64,000 bases of DNA from Sediminispirochaeta sp. (GTDB taxonomy: Bacteria; Spirochaetota; Spirochaetia; B11-G9). The DNA lies in the NCBI GenBank assembly GCA_024763455.1, contig JANTFL010000001.1, positions 26,678 to 90,677 of the forward strand, written 5' to 3'. A program made the translations under genes and the position numbers. Below are positions 49,585 to 58,929 of the stretch, piece after piece. The notes beneath the pieces were generated by a model that saw only the letters and a list, made by a program, of their open reading frames with translations, ran no database searches and was not told the origin of the DNA. How positions within the stretch are numbered: position 1 is the first letter of the stretch; each line of letters begins with the position of its first letter.

Positions 49585-50917
49585 CTATTTTTCGGCACTC
49601 GATATAGTATCTTTTCTCATCTGCCTCCCCCATGGAGAATGTTTTCCTTGGAAATGTTTTATCTTTGACTATTGTCTGAAAGAACGAGTGCTTATCGATA
49701 GCCGGAAGAAAGATTCCAATAGTACCTTTCTTCCGTCCCAGTTTCTCTGTTTCTTCTTTGCCGTGAATGTAGTCAACAGATGCATCTTTATTCTCTGCAA
49801 GAATCGAATCTATGACCCTTTGTATTGAACCTGCAGTAATTGTAGCAGCAGGAGCTTCGATATCAATGGTTCCCAGAACAGATTCGTCACAGTATCCTAT
49901 TCTCTGGTGTGGTTTTTGATTCTCAAGAGAAGCCATAACCTCTTGTAAAGATGATTTTTCACTGATCCTGCAGGAGCTGTATTTTTTTAGTTCTTTAAAG
50001 AAGGTTTCTCTGGAACAGTTAAAAACAACTCTGTGAATCGGTTCGAAAACAATCCCCTCGTCGTGAATGTTCTCAAGCTCAACCAAAGCCCATCTGGCTG
50101 GATGATTCATAAGATCAGGATCAGATGAGTTGTTTTTTTTGATCTCTTCCCAGACTGATTTCGCAGTGGCAAGTGAGTGGTTCCCGTCGCCCATTGCGTA
50201 TAGCAGCAGATCAGAGGAGCCGTATTTGTTTTTAAAGGTATCAATATCCGCAAGTTTTTCAAGTGCGGCTGCAATAGATGAAACAGTTTCTGGGTCATCA
50301 ATCCTATATCCCTCGATATGCCCGCCATTTTTCATCAGATCAAAGTTGTATATCTCCTGAAGTTCAGATGTTTTTGCAGCTAAGGGTTCGATAACGGTTT
50401 TATCCGGATCATCGATAAGAACGAGAATATGAGGCAGCTCCAGTGATGCATCGATCCTGATTTTTTTTCTCGGGGGTATTCTCTCTTCGATTGTTCCTTC
50501 AGTCGCTCTGATCAGGCTTTTAGAGTCTTTTGAATAGTCATACTTTTCAAGATCAAGAGCGGCAACCAGCCCCCATCTATAGGATCCCTCTTTCCCGTTT
50601 TGTCTTTTTACAAGATAGAAAGCAGGGTCATATCTTTTTAAGATTCCATTTTTAAGGTAGTTTTCCATTGTTGTATTGATCTGTTTAATCCTGCGTTCGG
50701 GATTATCCTCTCCAAGATAACATTCTGGGTATATCAAGTTCAGGGTTGAAGGAGAATCCCCGACTGTTTTTTGTACATCTTCCCAATAGCCGGTATCTGA
50801 AGTGTATTGATCACAGGCTACAACCGCCCATTCTTTCATCTTTCCGGTATCTGCAGGTAGGTACACCTCTGGCATTCTGATACCTAATTTAGCAAGTCTT
50901 TTTTCTAAATTGGTCAT
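49577..50917 (-). CDS. DUF1015 family protein
   Basis: N-terminal LGIRMPEVYLPADTGKMKEWAVVACDQYTS typical of DUF1015. Confidence 0.6.
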   Translation of the reverse strand: MTNLEKRLAKLGIRMPEVYLPADTGKMKEWAVVACDQYTSDTGYWEDVQKTVGDSPSTLNLIYPECYLGEDNPERRIKQINTTMENYLKNGILKRYDPAFYLVKRQNGKEGSYRWGLVAALDLEKYDYSKDSKSLIRATEGTIEERIPPRKKIRIDASLELPHILVLIDDPDKTVIEPLAAKTSELQEIYNFDLMKNGGHIEGYRIDDPETVSSIAAALEKLADIDTFKNKYGSSDLLLYAMGDGNHSLATAKSVWEEIKKNNSSDPDLMNHPARWALVELENIHDEGIVFEPIHRVVFNCSRETFFKELKKYSSCRISEKSSLQEVMASLENQKPHQRIGYCDESVLGTIDIEAPAATITAGSIQRVIDSILAENKDASVDYIHGKEETEKLGRKKGTIGIFLPAIDKHSFFQTIVKDKTFPRKTFSMGEADEKRYYIECRKIVR

Positions 50918-50970
50918 AAATTACCCCCTTAAGTGTCGAATAATATTAGGAAAATAAATAAAATACAAGT

Positions 50971-51993
50971 ATGCATGGTATTTATCTTGATTGTCAGGAC
51001 GCACCCTACAAAACAAACCTGTTGTTCAAGTTCCTTGAAGGAATGAGCTCTGCCGGATTCCGGTATTTGTTTTTTAATCCCGGAAGATTCTTCCCCTGGT
51101 CGGAGGATTTCCATTTCTCTTCCTTCTATACTTATCCGGAAGAATTTATGCAGAAATTCGCAGAGAAGGCAGCACAAAAAGGGATCGTTTTAATCCCTGT
51201 CCTTGATGCTGGAAGCGGAAGCGGTTTTATTGTGGAAAAATTGTTTTACAGATTCATGGCGCCGGAATATCCTGAAAAGGCAGCAATAGATCCCGACACC
51301 GCAGGAACTGTGCTCTTTTTTGAAGAATTAATGGAAGACCTTTTTTCAGTTATTCCGGAAGCCGGGTATCTTCTTGTCCTCACAAGCAGGAGCCTCCCCG
51401 CAGAATCAGAGATCCGGTTTCTTTCCCGGATCATAAAAACTGCTGAAGCACTTGGTAAAAAAATTATATTCACTGAGGGGGGAGGCGGGTGTCTCAACGA
51501 TATTCCGGGGGCTGCAGGGTCTCTGTGTGAGGGGATACAAGAACCTGGCAGAAGTATTCTGAAGTTAGAGAATAGTGAGATAATTATCCGGAGGATACCT
51601 GGGGTAGATCCGTTTACACCTTTCAGTGGCTGGAAATCTCTCTGGGATAAAAGTTCAGAAAGGGAATTTGTAACAGACCGGGAACTGCTGGAATCATTCA
51701 TAAACAATAAAAAGAACTGTTGGGAACTATACAGTACATTGGAAGCTGAAATTTCACTTCTTATCTACGGTAGTGCACGGGGGTCTGTACTAAAAGCTTT
51801 TGACATATACCGGAGGCTTGAAGAATGCTATGGTAAAACTTCAGCTATTCGAAATAGGATTGAATCAGTGTTCTCATCAAGTTTTGAAGGACAATACGTT
51901 GAAAACCTGTGTCTTTCCATTATGGAACCACTTGAGAGTATTGCAAACAGAGCCAAGGAAAAAATCAGAATTCTGGAAAGAAGGAGCTTATGA
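50971..51993 (+). CDS. hypothetical protein (340 aa)
   Basis: ORF with plausible codon usage and no recognised motif. Confidence 0.45.
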   Translation: MHGIYLDCQDAPYKTNLLFKFLEGMSSAGFRYLFFNPGRFFPWSEDFHFSSFYTYPEEFMQKFAEKAAQKGIVLIPVLDAGSGSGFIVEKLFYRFMAPEYPEKAAIDPDTAGTVLFFEELMEDLFSVIPEAGYLLVLTSRSLPAESEIRFLSRIIKTAEALGKKIIFTEGGGGCLNDIPGAAGSLCEGIQEPGRSILKLENSEIIIRRIPGVDPFTPFSGWKSLWDKSSEREFVTDRELLESFINNKKNCWELYSTLEAEISLLIYGSARGSVLKAFDIYRRLEECYGKTSAIRNRIESVFSSSFEGQYVENLCLSIMEPLESIANRAKEKIRILERRSL

Positions 51994-52622
51994 CGGGGAT
52001 AATCTTTACAGGAGGGGAAGGTCCGGAAAAGAGATTTATTGAAAACGAGATAAAGGCAGGAGACTACATAATAGCAGCCGATTCCGGACTGGATAGAGCC
52101 CTTTTATGCGGATATTCACCGGATCTTGTCGTAGGGGATCTGGATTCTGTAAAAAACAAAACTTTTTTAGATGACATTCCTGCTGACTGTGTTAAGATAT
52201 TCCCTGAAGATAAAGATGAAACGGATACAGAAATCGCCTTGAGAATTATGAAAGAGATAAAGGTTGATCGGGTAATCCTCGCAGGCGGGGGAGGGGGACG
52301 TCTCGACCATCTTCTGGGCATTGTATCCATCTTCGACCGTTCATATTATCCTGATGTTTGGTATACCGCAATGGAGAAGATTGTACCTGTCAGCAGCAGG
52401 GATGAGTTTTACGGAATGCTGGGTAAAACGGTTTCACTGTTTCCCGCCGGTAAGGAACCCTGCAGGATAAAAAGCACCGGTTTGAAGTGGAATCTTGATA
52501 CAGTGCAATGGAGTAAAGGTGATGCAGGGATCAGTAACATTGTTGTTGAAGATCCTTTTACAATAACCATGGTAACCGGAAAAGTACTGCTGATAAGTTT
52601 TTTGAAGGAGTTTGGCGAATGA
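51990..52622 (+). CDS. thiamine diphosphokinase
   Basis: IIFTGGEG...IIAADSG...VVGDLDS...DETDTE motifs of TPK. Confidence 0.75.
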   Translation: MTGIIFTGGEGPEKRFIENEIKAGDYIIAADSGLDRALLCGYSPDLVVGDLDSVKNKTFLDDIPADCVKIFPEDKDETDTEIALRIMKEIKVDRVILAGGGGGRLDHLLGIVSIFDRSYYPDVWYTAMEKIVPVSSRDEFYGMLGKTVSLFPAGKEPCRIKSTGLKWNLDTVQWSKGDAGISNIVVEDPFTITMVTGKVLLISFLKEFGE

Positions 52623-54367
52623 CGAAAAAAGATGTGGTATTCCACGATCTTTCAAAGGGGCTTACGCAAAATGAAAGGGATGAATTTCTTAAAAAAATAA
52701 AATACAGTCTCAGTTTAGATAATGAAGAAAGTGGGCTTCATCAGGAGGAAATGGACAAGGATGAACGGCTTGCTCTGATTAAAAAAGAGAAGAATGAAAT
52801 ATCCATGTTATGGAGGTTTTTTCTCTGGATACAGTCAAAATTTACCGGGAAGAGTGTTGAAGAGCTGCTCCTTGCTGGAAAACTCCTTCGAATAAAAAAG
52901 AAAATAAAGAAAAAGCACTCCGGGCTTACAGGGTTTGAGACCAGAAATCTTACTCCTCATTTTGCAGAAATGGTGTACGATCTCTATAAATCCACGGTAC
53001 CGGTAAGGACCCTTTTTAAAAGGATTTGGCTGGACGAAAAAGCTCTTAATACATTTTTTATGGATATAGTAGAGGAAGCGGTCGGGGAAAGAATTCTCGA
53101 TCTTGAGGATGTAGCAAGTTTTGATTCCATAATTGGTGCTTTCGGAGAAGCGGGAAAAAAAGATGATGTTAAGAGACTGATCATAGAAAAACTTGATGCT
53201 TACCTTGAATCGCTTAACAGTAATATCTTTAAACAGCTGGAAATCGATCTGCTTCCCATATACAGGCTGAGAGATCTTGTTCTATTCCCCTATGTTCAGT
53301 TTTTTCAGCAATTTGGCTATACCCTCCTTGATACTCCCTATACGGAAAATCCCCAATTTAAAAATGCCTCCGCCATACTCTGTCTGAATGATCTCGAAAA
53401 ACTGAATTTTGCTGTGTATTCTGCTACAAAACTGGAAAGAAGAGTCAATTTTAACTCCAGAATGCTGGACCGCCTTGGAGTTGTCGCGGGGAATGAACCT
53501 GATGAAAATGTTGAGCATTTTTCTTCTGATATGGAATTAGTCATTCAAAAAGCAAAATGGTTTTCTGATAAGATTCCTCTTTCTGATCTCATACGGTACT
53601 TTAAGAAGAATCCTTTTATAAAAATGATCTTTTATATTCCTGAAGTTAATCTAAGAACCTTTTACAGGACCAGCTTGACTGTAAGGATGATAACCCGGAT
53701 TGATGAACGACTTGCAGAAATACAGGAAAAGTATATCGCCCATGAAATAGAGTCGCTTTTTGCCGGAAAGCATTATGTGAAATTTCAAAACTACCGGGAA
53801 TATTCATCAATAGATTACGAGAAACTTGGAGTTTCCTCCTTCAGGAATATGGAGCCATTGTCCCTGATATATAACTTTATCGAGTGCTACTACAGAGGTA
53901 ATGTAATACAATCGATAGTCAGGGTCCTTGAAAAAGGTGTACTGGCGCAGAACAGACTTATGAGGGATAATATGCTGCAGTACGCTTCTGTTATCGAAGA
54001 TGTAGCAGAAAGGATTCGGGTTTTTGATGATTCCCTTTCCCCTGATTCTGAGGAAGGTAAGGTTTTTCACAAACTCAGATTTTCCATGACCAAGGATATT
54101 TCTCAGCAAAAGGTTTTTAGAAAAATTGTTATCCAAAAAGACCGGGAAGCAAGAAATTTATGCGAAGCAGGTATGGATGCTCTGACAGGGTTAAAAAGAG
54201 TGTTGGGTGAGATAAACCGGAGTACGAATGATGCCGTTACCGAGCAGTTAAAACAACACTATCTTATTAACAACAAACCTGTTGTGCTGCAGGATCTGCT
54301 CACTGGTTCTCTGGAGAATCTGAATAAGGTTGAACACCTCTATCATCACATGCTTACAACCGTATAG
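52619..54367 (+). CDS. hypothetical protein (582 aa), paralog of the CDS at 5189..6892
   Basis: shares N-terminal VFHDLSKGLTQNER (compare VFDKLISGLTVEER) and overall size and architecture with the 567-aa ORF. Confidence 0.6.
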   Translation: MTKKDVVFHDLSKGLTQNERDEFLKKIKYSLSLDNEESGLHQEEMDKDERLALIKKEKNEISMLWRFFLWIQSKFTGKSVEELLLAGKLLRIKKKIKKKHSGLTGFETRNLTPHFAEMVYDLYKSTVPVRTLFKRIWLDEKALNTFFMDIVEEAVGERILDLEDVASFDSIIGAFGEAGKKDDVKRLIIEKLDAYLESLNSNIFKQLEIDLLPIYRLRDLVLFPYVQFFQQFGYTLLDTPYTENPQFKNASAILCLNDLEKLNFAVYSATKLERRVNFNSRMLDRLGVVAGNEPDENVEHFSSDMELVIQKAKWFSDKIPLSDLIRYFKKNPFIKMIFYIPEVNLRTFYRTSLTVRMITRIDERLAEIQEKYIAHEIESLFAGKHYVKFQNYREYSSIDYEKLGVSSFRNMEPLSLIYNFIECYYRGNVIQSIVRVLEKGVLAQNRLMRDNMLQYASVIEDVAERIRVFDDSLSPDSEEGKVFHKLRFSMTKDISQQKVFRKIVIQKDREARNLCEAGMDALTGLKRVLGEINRSTNDAVTEQLKQHYLINNKPVVLQDLLTGSLENLNKVEHLYHHMLTTV

Positions 54368-54848
54368 GTGACTTTTCAAGGGCTTTTTTAATCCTTTTAC
54401 AGGTAACCCGGGGATCTTCAACAAGTACTTTTTTACCAGCGATAAGATCAGAGATGCCTATCTCCCGTGGATAACGGGGAATAATATGTCGATGAAGATG
54501 GTTTATGGAAGCCCCTGCGACTGGACCCATATTATACCCCAGGTTATAAGCTGAAGGTTTGTGTGTTTTGTCAATAATATTCAGCAGACTTTTAGTAATA
54601 ACGATCATCTGTCTTTCTTCTTCTTCGGTAAAATCTCTTATGTCGGTTATGTGCCGACGGGGAAATATAATCAAATGCCCAGGGTTGTATGGATAGAGAT
54701 TGACGGATACGATAAAAAGTTCGTTCTCCCAAACCTTAAGTTTTTTAACCGCTGATGAATTTTCAGCAATCATGCATAGAATACAGCCATCAGGCTTCTC
54801 CCCTGTAAGATACTCCATCTTGCTGAAGCTGAAAAAATAGTTACTCAT
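54354..54848 (-). CDS. HIT family protein (histidine triad nucleotide hydrolase/transferase)
   Basis: INHLHRHIIPR histidine triad; start set at MSNYFF..., which has a GGAGAGG RBS and an 8-nt overlap with the upstream gene. Confidence 0.7.
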   Translation of the reverse strand: MSNYFFSFSKMEYLTGEKPDGCILCMIAENSSAVKKLKVWENELFIVSVNLYPYNPGHLIIFPRRHITDIRDFTEEEERQMIVITKSLLNIIDKTHKPSAYNLGYNMGPVAGASINHLHRHIIPRYPREIGISDLIAGKKVLVEDPRVTCKRIKKALEKSPIRL

Positions 54849-55698
54849 TTTTTTCCTCTCCGGGAAGTGAAATTGAGGGAATAACATTGCTGCGCAGGGA
54901 GCTGTCGGTTGAAAGTACTTGAACAAGTTCAGGATATTTTTTTAAAAGATCGCCATATTTCTTTAAAAGCTCAATCTTTGAAGCTTCTCGTATTTCATCC
55001 TCCGCTGCTCTCTGTTTTGCTTCTGCGTCTATGGCTGTCCGGGAACTCAAGTAGTTAAAATAATTTTCTTTTGCCTTCCTGTACAGTGCAATATCTGGGA
55101 ATTCAATGCTTGTTATGGTAAGATTTATTAAAGAGATATACGGGATAGTTTCTTTCAGCGCATCGCTTGCTGCATTGGTAAAATCAATGGAAAGCAGGTC
55201 TTTATAATCACTTTTTGACGTTTCATCAAGTTTATTAAAAACAGCTGTTTGAATCAGGTTGGTAAGTTTGTCTTTAGTGTCTCCGTAAAACTGCTCCATG
55301 GATCCGGGGTCAATGAGATTTTTCTGCAACAGTCCGGGAAGTGATTCCTCTTTCAGCAGGTATGAAACAGAAAATGAGAGGGAGTAGGAAAAATCCGGTT
55401 CACCGGTCATAAATTTACCGTACACTCTCCCCGACGGAAGTATCCCGTTTTTAGAAAACGAAAATGAACGGGGGAGAATTTTTACTTTGATGAGCTTTAA
55501 ATTTCCGGGAATGATTTTTTGTAAACTCCAGGAAAAAGCTCCCGGCTTGTATACCCGCTCTCCGTATCCTGCTGATTTGGTAAAGGCTACAGCGTAAGTA
55601 TTTTCATCAAGATGAATCTGGATCCATCCCAGATAAAATATCACTGCTGCCATAAGGAGTAATATAATCAGTACAAATATATTTCTAATTTTTTTCAT
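54841..55698 (-). CDS. membrane-anchored SPFH/Band-7-like (prohibitin/HflC-like) protein
   Basis: N-terminal TM; band-7-like core and Ala/Glu-rich C-terminal helix (AIDAEAKQRAAEDEIREASKIE); assignment tentative. Confidence 0.4.
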   Translation of the reverse strand: MKKIRNIFVLIILLLMAAVIFYLGWIQIHLDENTYAVAFTKSAGYGERVYKPGAFSWSLQKIIPGNLKLIKVKILPRSFSFSKNGILPSGRVYGKFMTGEPDFSYSLSFSVSYLLKEESLPGLLQKNLIDPGSMEQFYGDTKDKLTNLIQTAVFNKLDETSKSDYKDLLSIDFTNAASDALKETIPYISLINLTITSIEFPDIALYRKAKENYFNYLSSRTAIDAEAKQRAAEDEIREASKIELLKKYGDLLKKYPELVQVLSTDSSLRSNVIPSISLPGEEKNE

Positions 55699-56798
55699 AC
55701 TATCCTCTCATACAGTTGATTGAGACTCGTAATAATTGCATCTGGAACACTATCCGGGCATACATCTTCCCGAATACGGAGCGATCTCTGGTCTCCTGCA
55801 AAAAGTACGGTCTTTAATCCGGCAGAAGAGGCTGTCTTTACATCGTTGAGCATATCATTCCCAATATAAACAGTTTCATCAGCAGTTATTCCGTAGATAT
55901 TATACAGTCGATCTTTGAGTTTTTCAAACATAATCGGAGAAGGTTTTGCCTGACCGTATTCATAGGAGTAAAATGTCAGATCCTTTTTAAACCCATTTCC
56001 CGCCACGTCTTCTCCTGTCAGAGCTTTAAAAAGCAGGGGGGTATAAAACTGGGCATTGGATACAATACCAGTGACAAATCCCCGTTGTCCAAGAGCTTTT
56101 AGGGTTTCTTCCAAGCCGGGCATTGGCCATACCGGGTTGGAAAGAATTTCATAGTAAACAGCAAACGTACGAATTTCTGTCTCTGACGGCAGAGTGAGAA
56201 CCAGATTATCTTCTTTCAGTTTGGAAAAAAAATCGGTCCAGATTGAAATAATATCAACCTCAGGATGGGGGATCCCCTTTGCCCTGGAATCTGAATGACT
56301 TTTGGAAATAAGAGAGGAGAAAAGATTTCCCAAGATTTCACATGGTGTATCATAATGTATAACAATACTGCTCTTCTCTGCAGCTTTAAGATAAAGGCAA
56401 TCCCTTTCCCGTTTGTGAATCGTTCCGATATCACCGGAACCTGAAATAAAAAGTGTCCCGTATACATCAAAAATAACACTCCTGATATGATCTATTGTAT
56501 TGAAAGAGGGTGTTATCTCTGTCTTAATAGGCACCAGAGGGGATGAATTGGCTCTTATAATTTCAATCAAAGAATCCCTGAACGCCGGTATTAGTGTCAT
56601 ACACTGATTAAAGAACAAAAAAGGATAACTTGCAATATAAAAAATACCTGTACTGACTTTTTCAATCCAAACCGATACAATAGGCAGAATGAGAAAGGAA
56701 AAAAATATCATTTGGCTTCCGGATATAATTAATAAAATCACCCTTTTTACGTTTATGCTGTCGATACTGATAGTATTTACCTTTCTTGCCGGTAACAA
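55695..56798 (-). CDS. HAD-superfamily hydrolase with N-terminal membrane segment
   Basis: HAD motif I VIFDVYGTLF and motif IV IGNDMLNDV; start may be the internal ATG at 56711. Confidence 0.6.
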   Translation of the reverse strand: MLPARKVNTISIDSINVKRVILLIISGSQMIFFSFLILPIVSVWIEKVSTGIFYIASYPFLFFNQCMTLIPAFRDSLIEIIRANSSPLVPIKTEITPSFNTIDHIRSVIFDVYGTLFISGSGDIGTIHKRERDCLYLKAAEKSSIVIHYDTPCEILGNLFSSLISKSHSDSRAKGIPHPEVDIISIWTDFFSKLKEDNLVLTLPSETEIRTFAVYYEILSNPVWPMPGLEETLKALGQRGFVTGIVSNAQFYTPLLFKALTGEDVAGNGFKKDLTFYSYEYGQAKPSPIMFEKLKDRLYNIYGITADETVYIGNDMLNDVKTASSAGLKTVLFAGDQRSLRIREDVCPDSVPDAIITSLNQLYERIV

Positions 56799-57024
56799 AC
56801 AAGGGTTTATTGATTCTACTCAAAACCTGCTGCTCAGGCTGTTCAGAACAACAGCCCTGGTTTTCATCGTTACCGGAGTATATAACATTTTAATCAGTCT
56901 TGCAGTTCTCATAAGAAAACGGCGGTTATACTCTTCCCGGTTAATAATGACAATATTGGCGGAGGGCTTGATGATCTCTTTTTTTCTGGGAACGAGCGGT
57001 ATACTTGCAATCATTAAGGGATAG
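56689..57024 (+). CDS. hypothetical small membrane protein (three TM segments)
   Basis: hydrophobic helices; ends 1 nt before aroH; the 5' end overlaps the divergent HAD gene, so the true start may be the internal ATG at 56755. Confidence 0.35.
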   Translation: MRKEKNIIWLPDIINKITLFTFMLSILIVFTFLAGNKQGFIDSTQNLLLRLFRTTALVFIVTGVYNILISLAVLIRKRRLYSSRLIMTILAEGLMISFFLGTSGILAIIKG

Positions 57025-57399
57025 GTGAGGATTATGGTCATGAGGACTCGTGCAGTAAGGGGCGCAGTGCAGATAAGCAAAGACTCTGTAGAGTTGATTG
57101 AGAGAAATGTCGGCGAATTGGTTAAAACTATTATTAAAGTGAACGGAATAAATGAGGAAGATATAATTTCAATACAATTCACCATTACTGGAGACTTGCG
57201 ATCTAAAAACCCTGCAGCAGCGTTAAGAAAATACGGCTTTGAAACTGTTCCGCTGTTCTGCAGCCTGGAACCGGATATTGAAGGAGCAATGGAAAGGGTA
57301 ATCCGGGTTCTTGTTACCTTTGACCAGGCAGCTGGTGATCCGATTGTTCCTGTATACTTGTATGGTGCTGAAAAGTTACGACCGGACCTGGCAAAATGA
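57025..57399 (+). CDS. aroH: chorismate mutase, AroH class
   Basis: aligns along its length with B. subtilis AroH (RAVRGAVQI ... VPLFCSLEPDIEG...IRVLVTF...VYLYGAEKLRPDL). Confidence 0.8.
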   Translation: MRIMVMRTRAVRGAVQISKDSVELIERNVGELVKTIIKVNGINEEDIISIQFTITGDLRSKNPAAALRKYGFETVPLFCSLEPDIEGAMERVIRVLVTFDQAAGDPIVPVYLYGAEKLRPDLAK

Positions 57400-58172
57400 G
57401 AGATGATACGATACTGCTAAAGACATCTGTAGAGGTAAACAGAATTCGGCGTTCATGCAGTCTGGTAGAAAGGATCCTGGATGCACTTGAAACAGTTATT
57501 GCCCCGGGGATTTCTACTCTGGAGATAGAAGAAATTTGTAAATCCGCACTTAAATCTGCCATGGCAAATTCCTCCGCTCTTAACTTTAAGGGTTTTCCCT
57601 CAACGATCTGTACCTCGGTTAACAGTGTTGCTGTACATGGTATTCCTGACCACACTGTTCTTGAGAACGGTGATATTCTCACCGTTGATATATCGCTAAA
57701 CCTTGACGGGTGGCATGGGGACAGTGCCAGAACCTATGTTGCAGGGACAGGAAGTAACGATGTCCTCCGCCTTCAGAAAGCAGCCTATGCAGCGACTGTT
57801 GCCGGAATAAATGCTGCTGTTTCAGGGAAACGTTTGGGAGATGTTGGGTGGGCAATAGAAACAGCAGTGAAAAAATGGGGGTGTTCGGTGGTAAGAAAAT
57901 TTGCCGGACATGGGATAGGCCGGGATCTCCATGAAGATCCTGTTATCCTCCCATACGGTGAAAAAAATACCGGTTTAAGGATAATACCGGGGATGGTTTT
58001 TACCATAGAACCCGTTGTTGTCCTGGGCAGAGGTGACGTGAAGCAGATGGATGACGGGTGGTCATTCGTAACCAGTGACGGATCTCTTTCTGCCCAGTAT
58101 GAGCACACTCTTGCCGTTTTCAGTGACAGGACAGAAGTACTTACAGACGATAACCTGTCCATTCATTTATAA
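57396..58172 (+). CDS. map: methionine aminopeptidase, type I
   Basis: VHGIPD, DISLNLDGWHGDSARTY, HGIG and E..V metal-ligand motifs. Confidence 0.9.
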   Translation: MRDDTILLKTSVEVNRIRRSCSLVERILDALETVIAPGISTLEIEEICKSALKSAMANSSALNFKGFPSTICTSVNSVAVHGIPDHTVLENGDILTVDISLNLDGWHGDSARTYVAGTGSNDVLRLQKAAYAATVAGINAAVSGKRLGDVGWAIETAVKKWGCSVVRKFAGHGIGRDLHEDPVILPYGEKNTGLRIIPGMVFTIEPVVVLGRGDVKQMDDGWSFVTSDGSLSAQYEHTLAVFSDRTEVLTDDNLSIHL

Positions 58173-58196
58173 GATTAAATCATTCTTAGTGGTGTC

Positions 58197-58225
58197 TTGA
58201 CATAATTCATAAAAACAATTATGTT
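58197..58225 (+). promoter_or_regulatory. sigma-70-like promoter for tRNA-Thr/tRNA-Tyr (TTGACA-17nt-TATGTT)
   Basis: consensus -35 at 58197-58202, 17-nt spacer, -10 at 58220-58225, 12 nt upstream of the tRNA. Confidence 0.5.
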
Positions 58226-58237
58226 CTCTTTCAAGAC

Positions 58238-58311
58238 GCCACCTTAGCTCAGCTGGCCAGAGCACGTGACTTGTAATCTCGGGGTCGTCAGTTCGAATCT
58301 GACAGGTGGCT
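58238..58311 (+). tRNA. tRNA-Thr (anticodon TGT)
   Basis: acceptor GCCACCT/AGGTGGC, D arm GCTC-AGCTGGCCA-GAGC, anticodon loop CTTGTAA, T arm GTCAG-TTCGAAT-CTGAC; one T-T mismatch in the anticodon stem. Confidence 0.65.
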
Positions 58312-58356
58312 TGACCATATTGGACAACTTATGATAGTGTCTTTTCAAGGTTTTAT

Positions 58357-58438
58357 GGGGAGGTTCCCGAGTGGTCAAAGGGGGCAGACTGTAAATCTGT
58401 TGGCTACGCCTTCGAAGGTTCAAATCCTTCTCTCCCCA
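58357..58438 (+). tRNA. tRNA-Tyr (anticodon GTA), long variable arm
   Basis: near-identical architecture to E. coli tRNA-Tyr: GGGGAGGTTCCCGAGTGGTCAAAG..CAGACTGTAAATCTG..TTCGAAGGTTCAAATCCTTC. Confidence 0.8.
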
Positions 58439-58440
58439 TA

Positions 58441-58471
58441 GGTCTTCTCGAAAGAGAAGGCCTTTTTTTTT
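58441..58471 (+). terminator. rho-independent terminator after tRNA-Tyr
   Basis: GGTCTTCTC-gaaa-GAGAAGGCC hairpin followed by T9. Confidence 0.7.
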
Positions 58472-58482
58472 AGGGAAAAATT

Positions 58483-58929
58483 ATGAATAAACCGTTCTAC
58501 AAAAAAGGCTTGAATTTTGAGTGCGTCCAGTGTTCGGCGTGCTGCAGGTTTGATCCGGGATATGTATTTCTTTCTGCTTCAGATATGGATAGACTCGTTC
58601 TATACTTCAAGATGGAGAAGAAGGATATCGTGGAAAAGTATTGCCGGATTGTCGATATGGGAGACAGCAGACGTCTAAGTTTTAATGAAAAAAGGAATTT
58701 TGACTGCATCTTCTGGAAAGATGGAGGATGTTCTATTTATGAAGCAAGACCGCTTCAATGCCGCAGTTATCCATTCTGGCGCCCCTTTCTTGTAAATGAA
58801 GAAGCATGGAATAAAGAAGCTGAGAACTGTCCCGGGATGAACAGGGGGAAAAAACATTCTTTAAAAACTATTGAAAATTGGCTTGAAAAAAGAGATAATG
58901 AAACGTACAGACTTGAGGATATACTATGA
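58483..58929 (+). CDS. YkgJ-family cysteine-cluster protein (CxxCxxCC putative Zn/Fe-chelating domain)
   Basis: ECVQCSACCRF plus downstream Cys residues (CIFWKDGGC, CRSYPFW). Confidence 0.65.
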   Translation: MNKPFYKKGLNFECVQCSACCRFDPGYVFLSASDMDRLVLYFKMEKKDIVEKYCRIVDMGDSRRLSFNEKRNFDCIFWKDGGCSIYEARPLQCRSYPFWRPFLVNEEAWNKEAENCPGMNRGKKHSLKTIENWLEKRDNETYRLEDIL

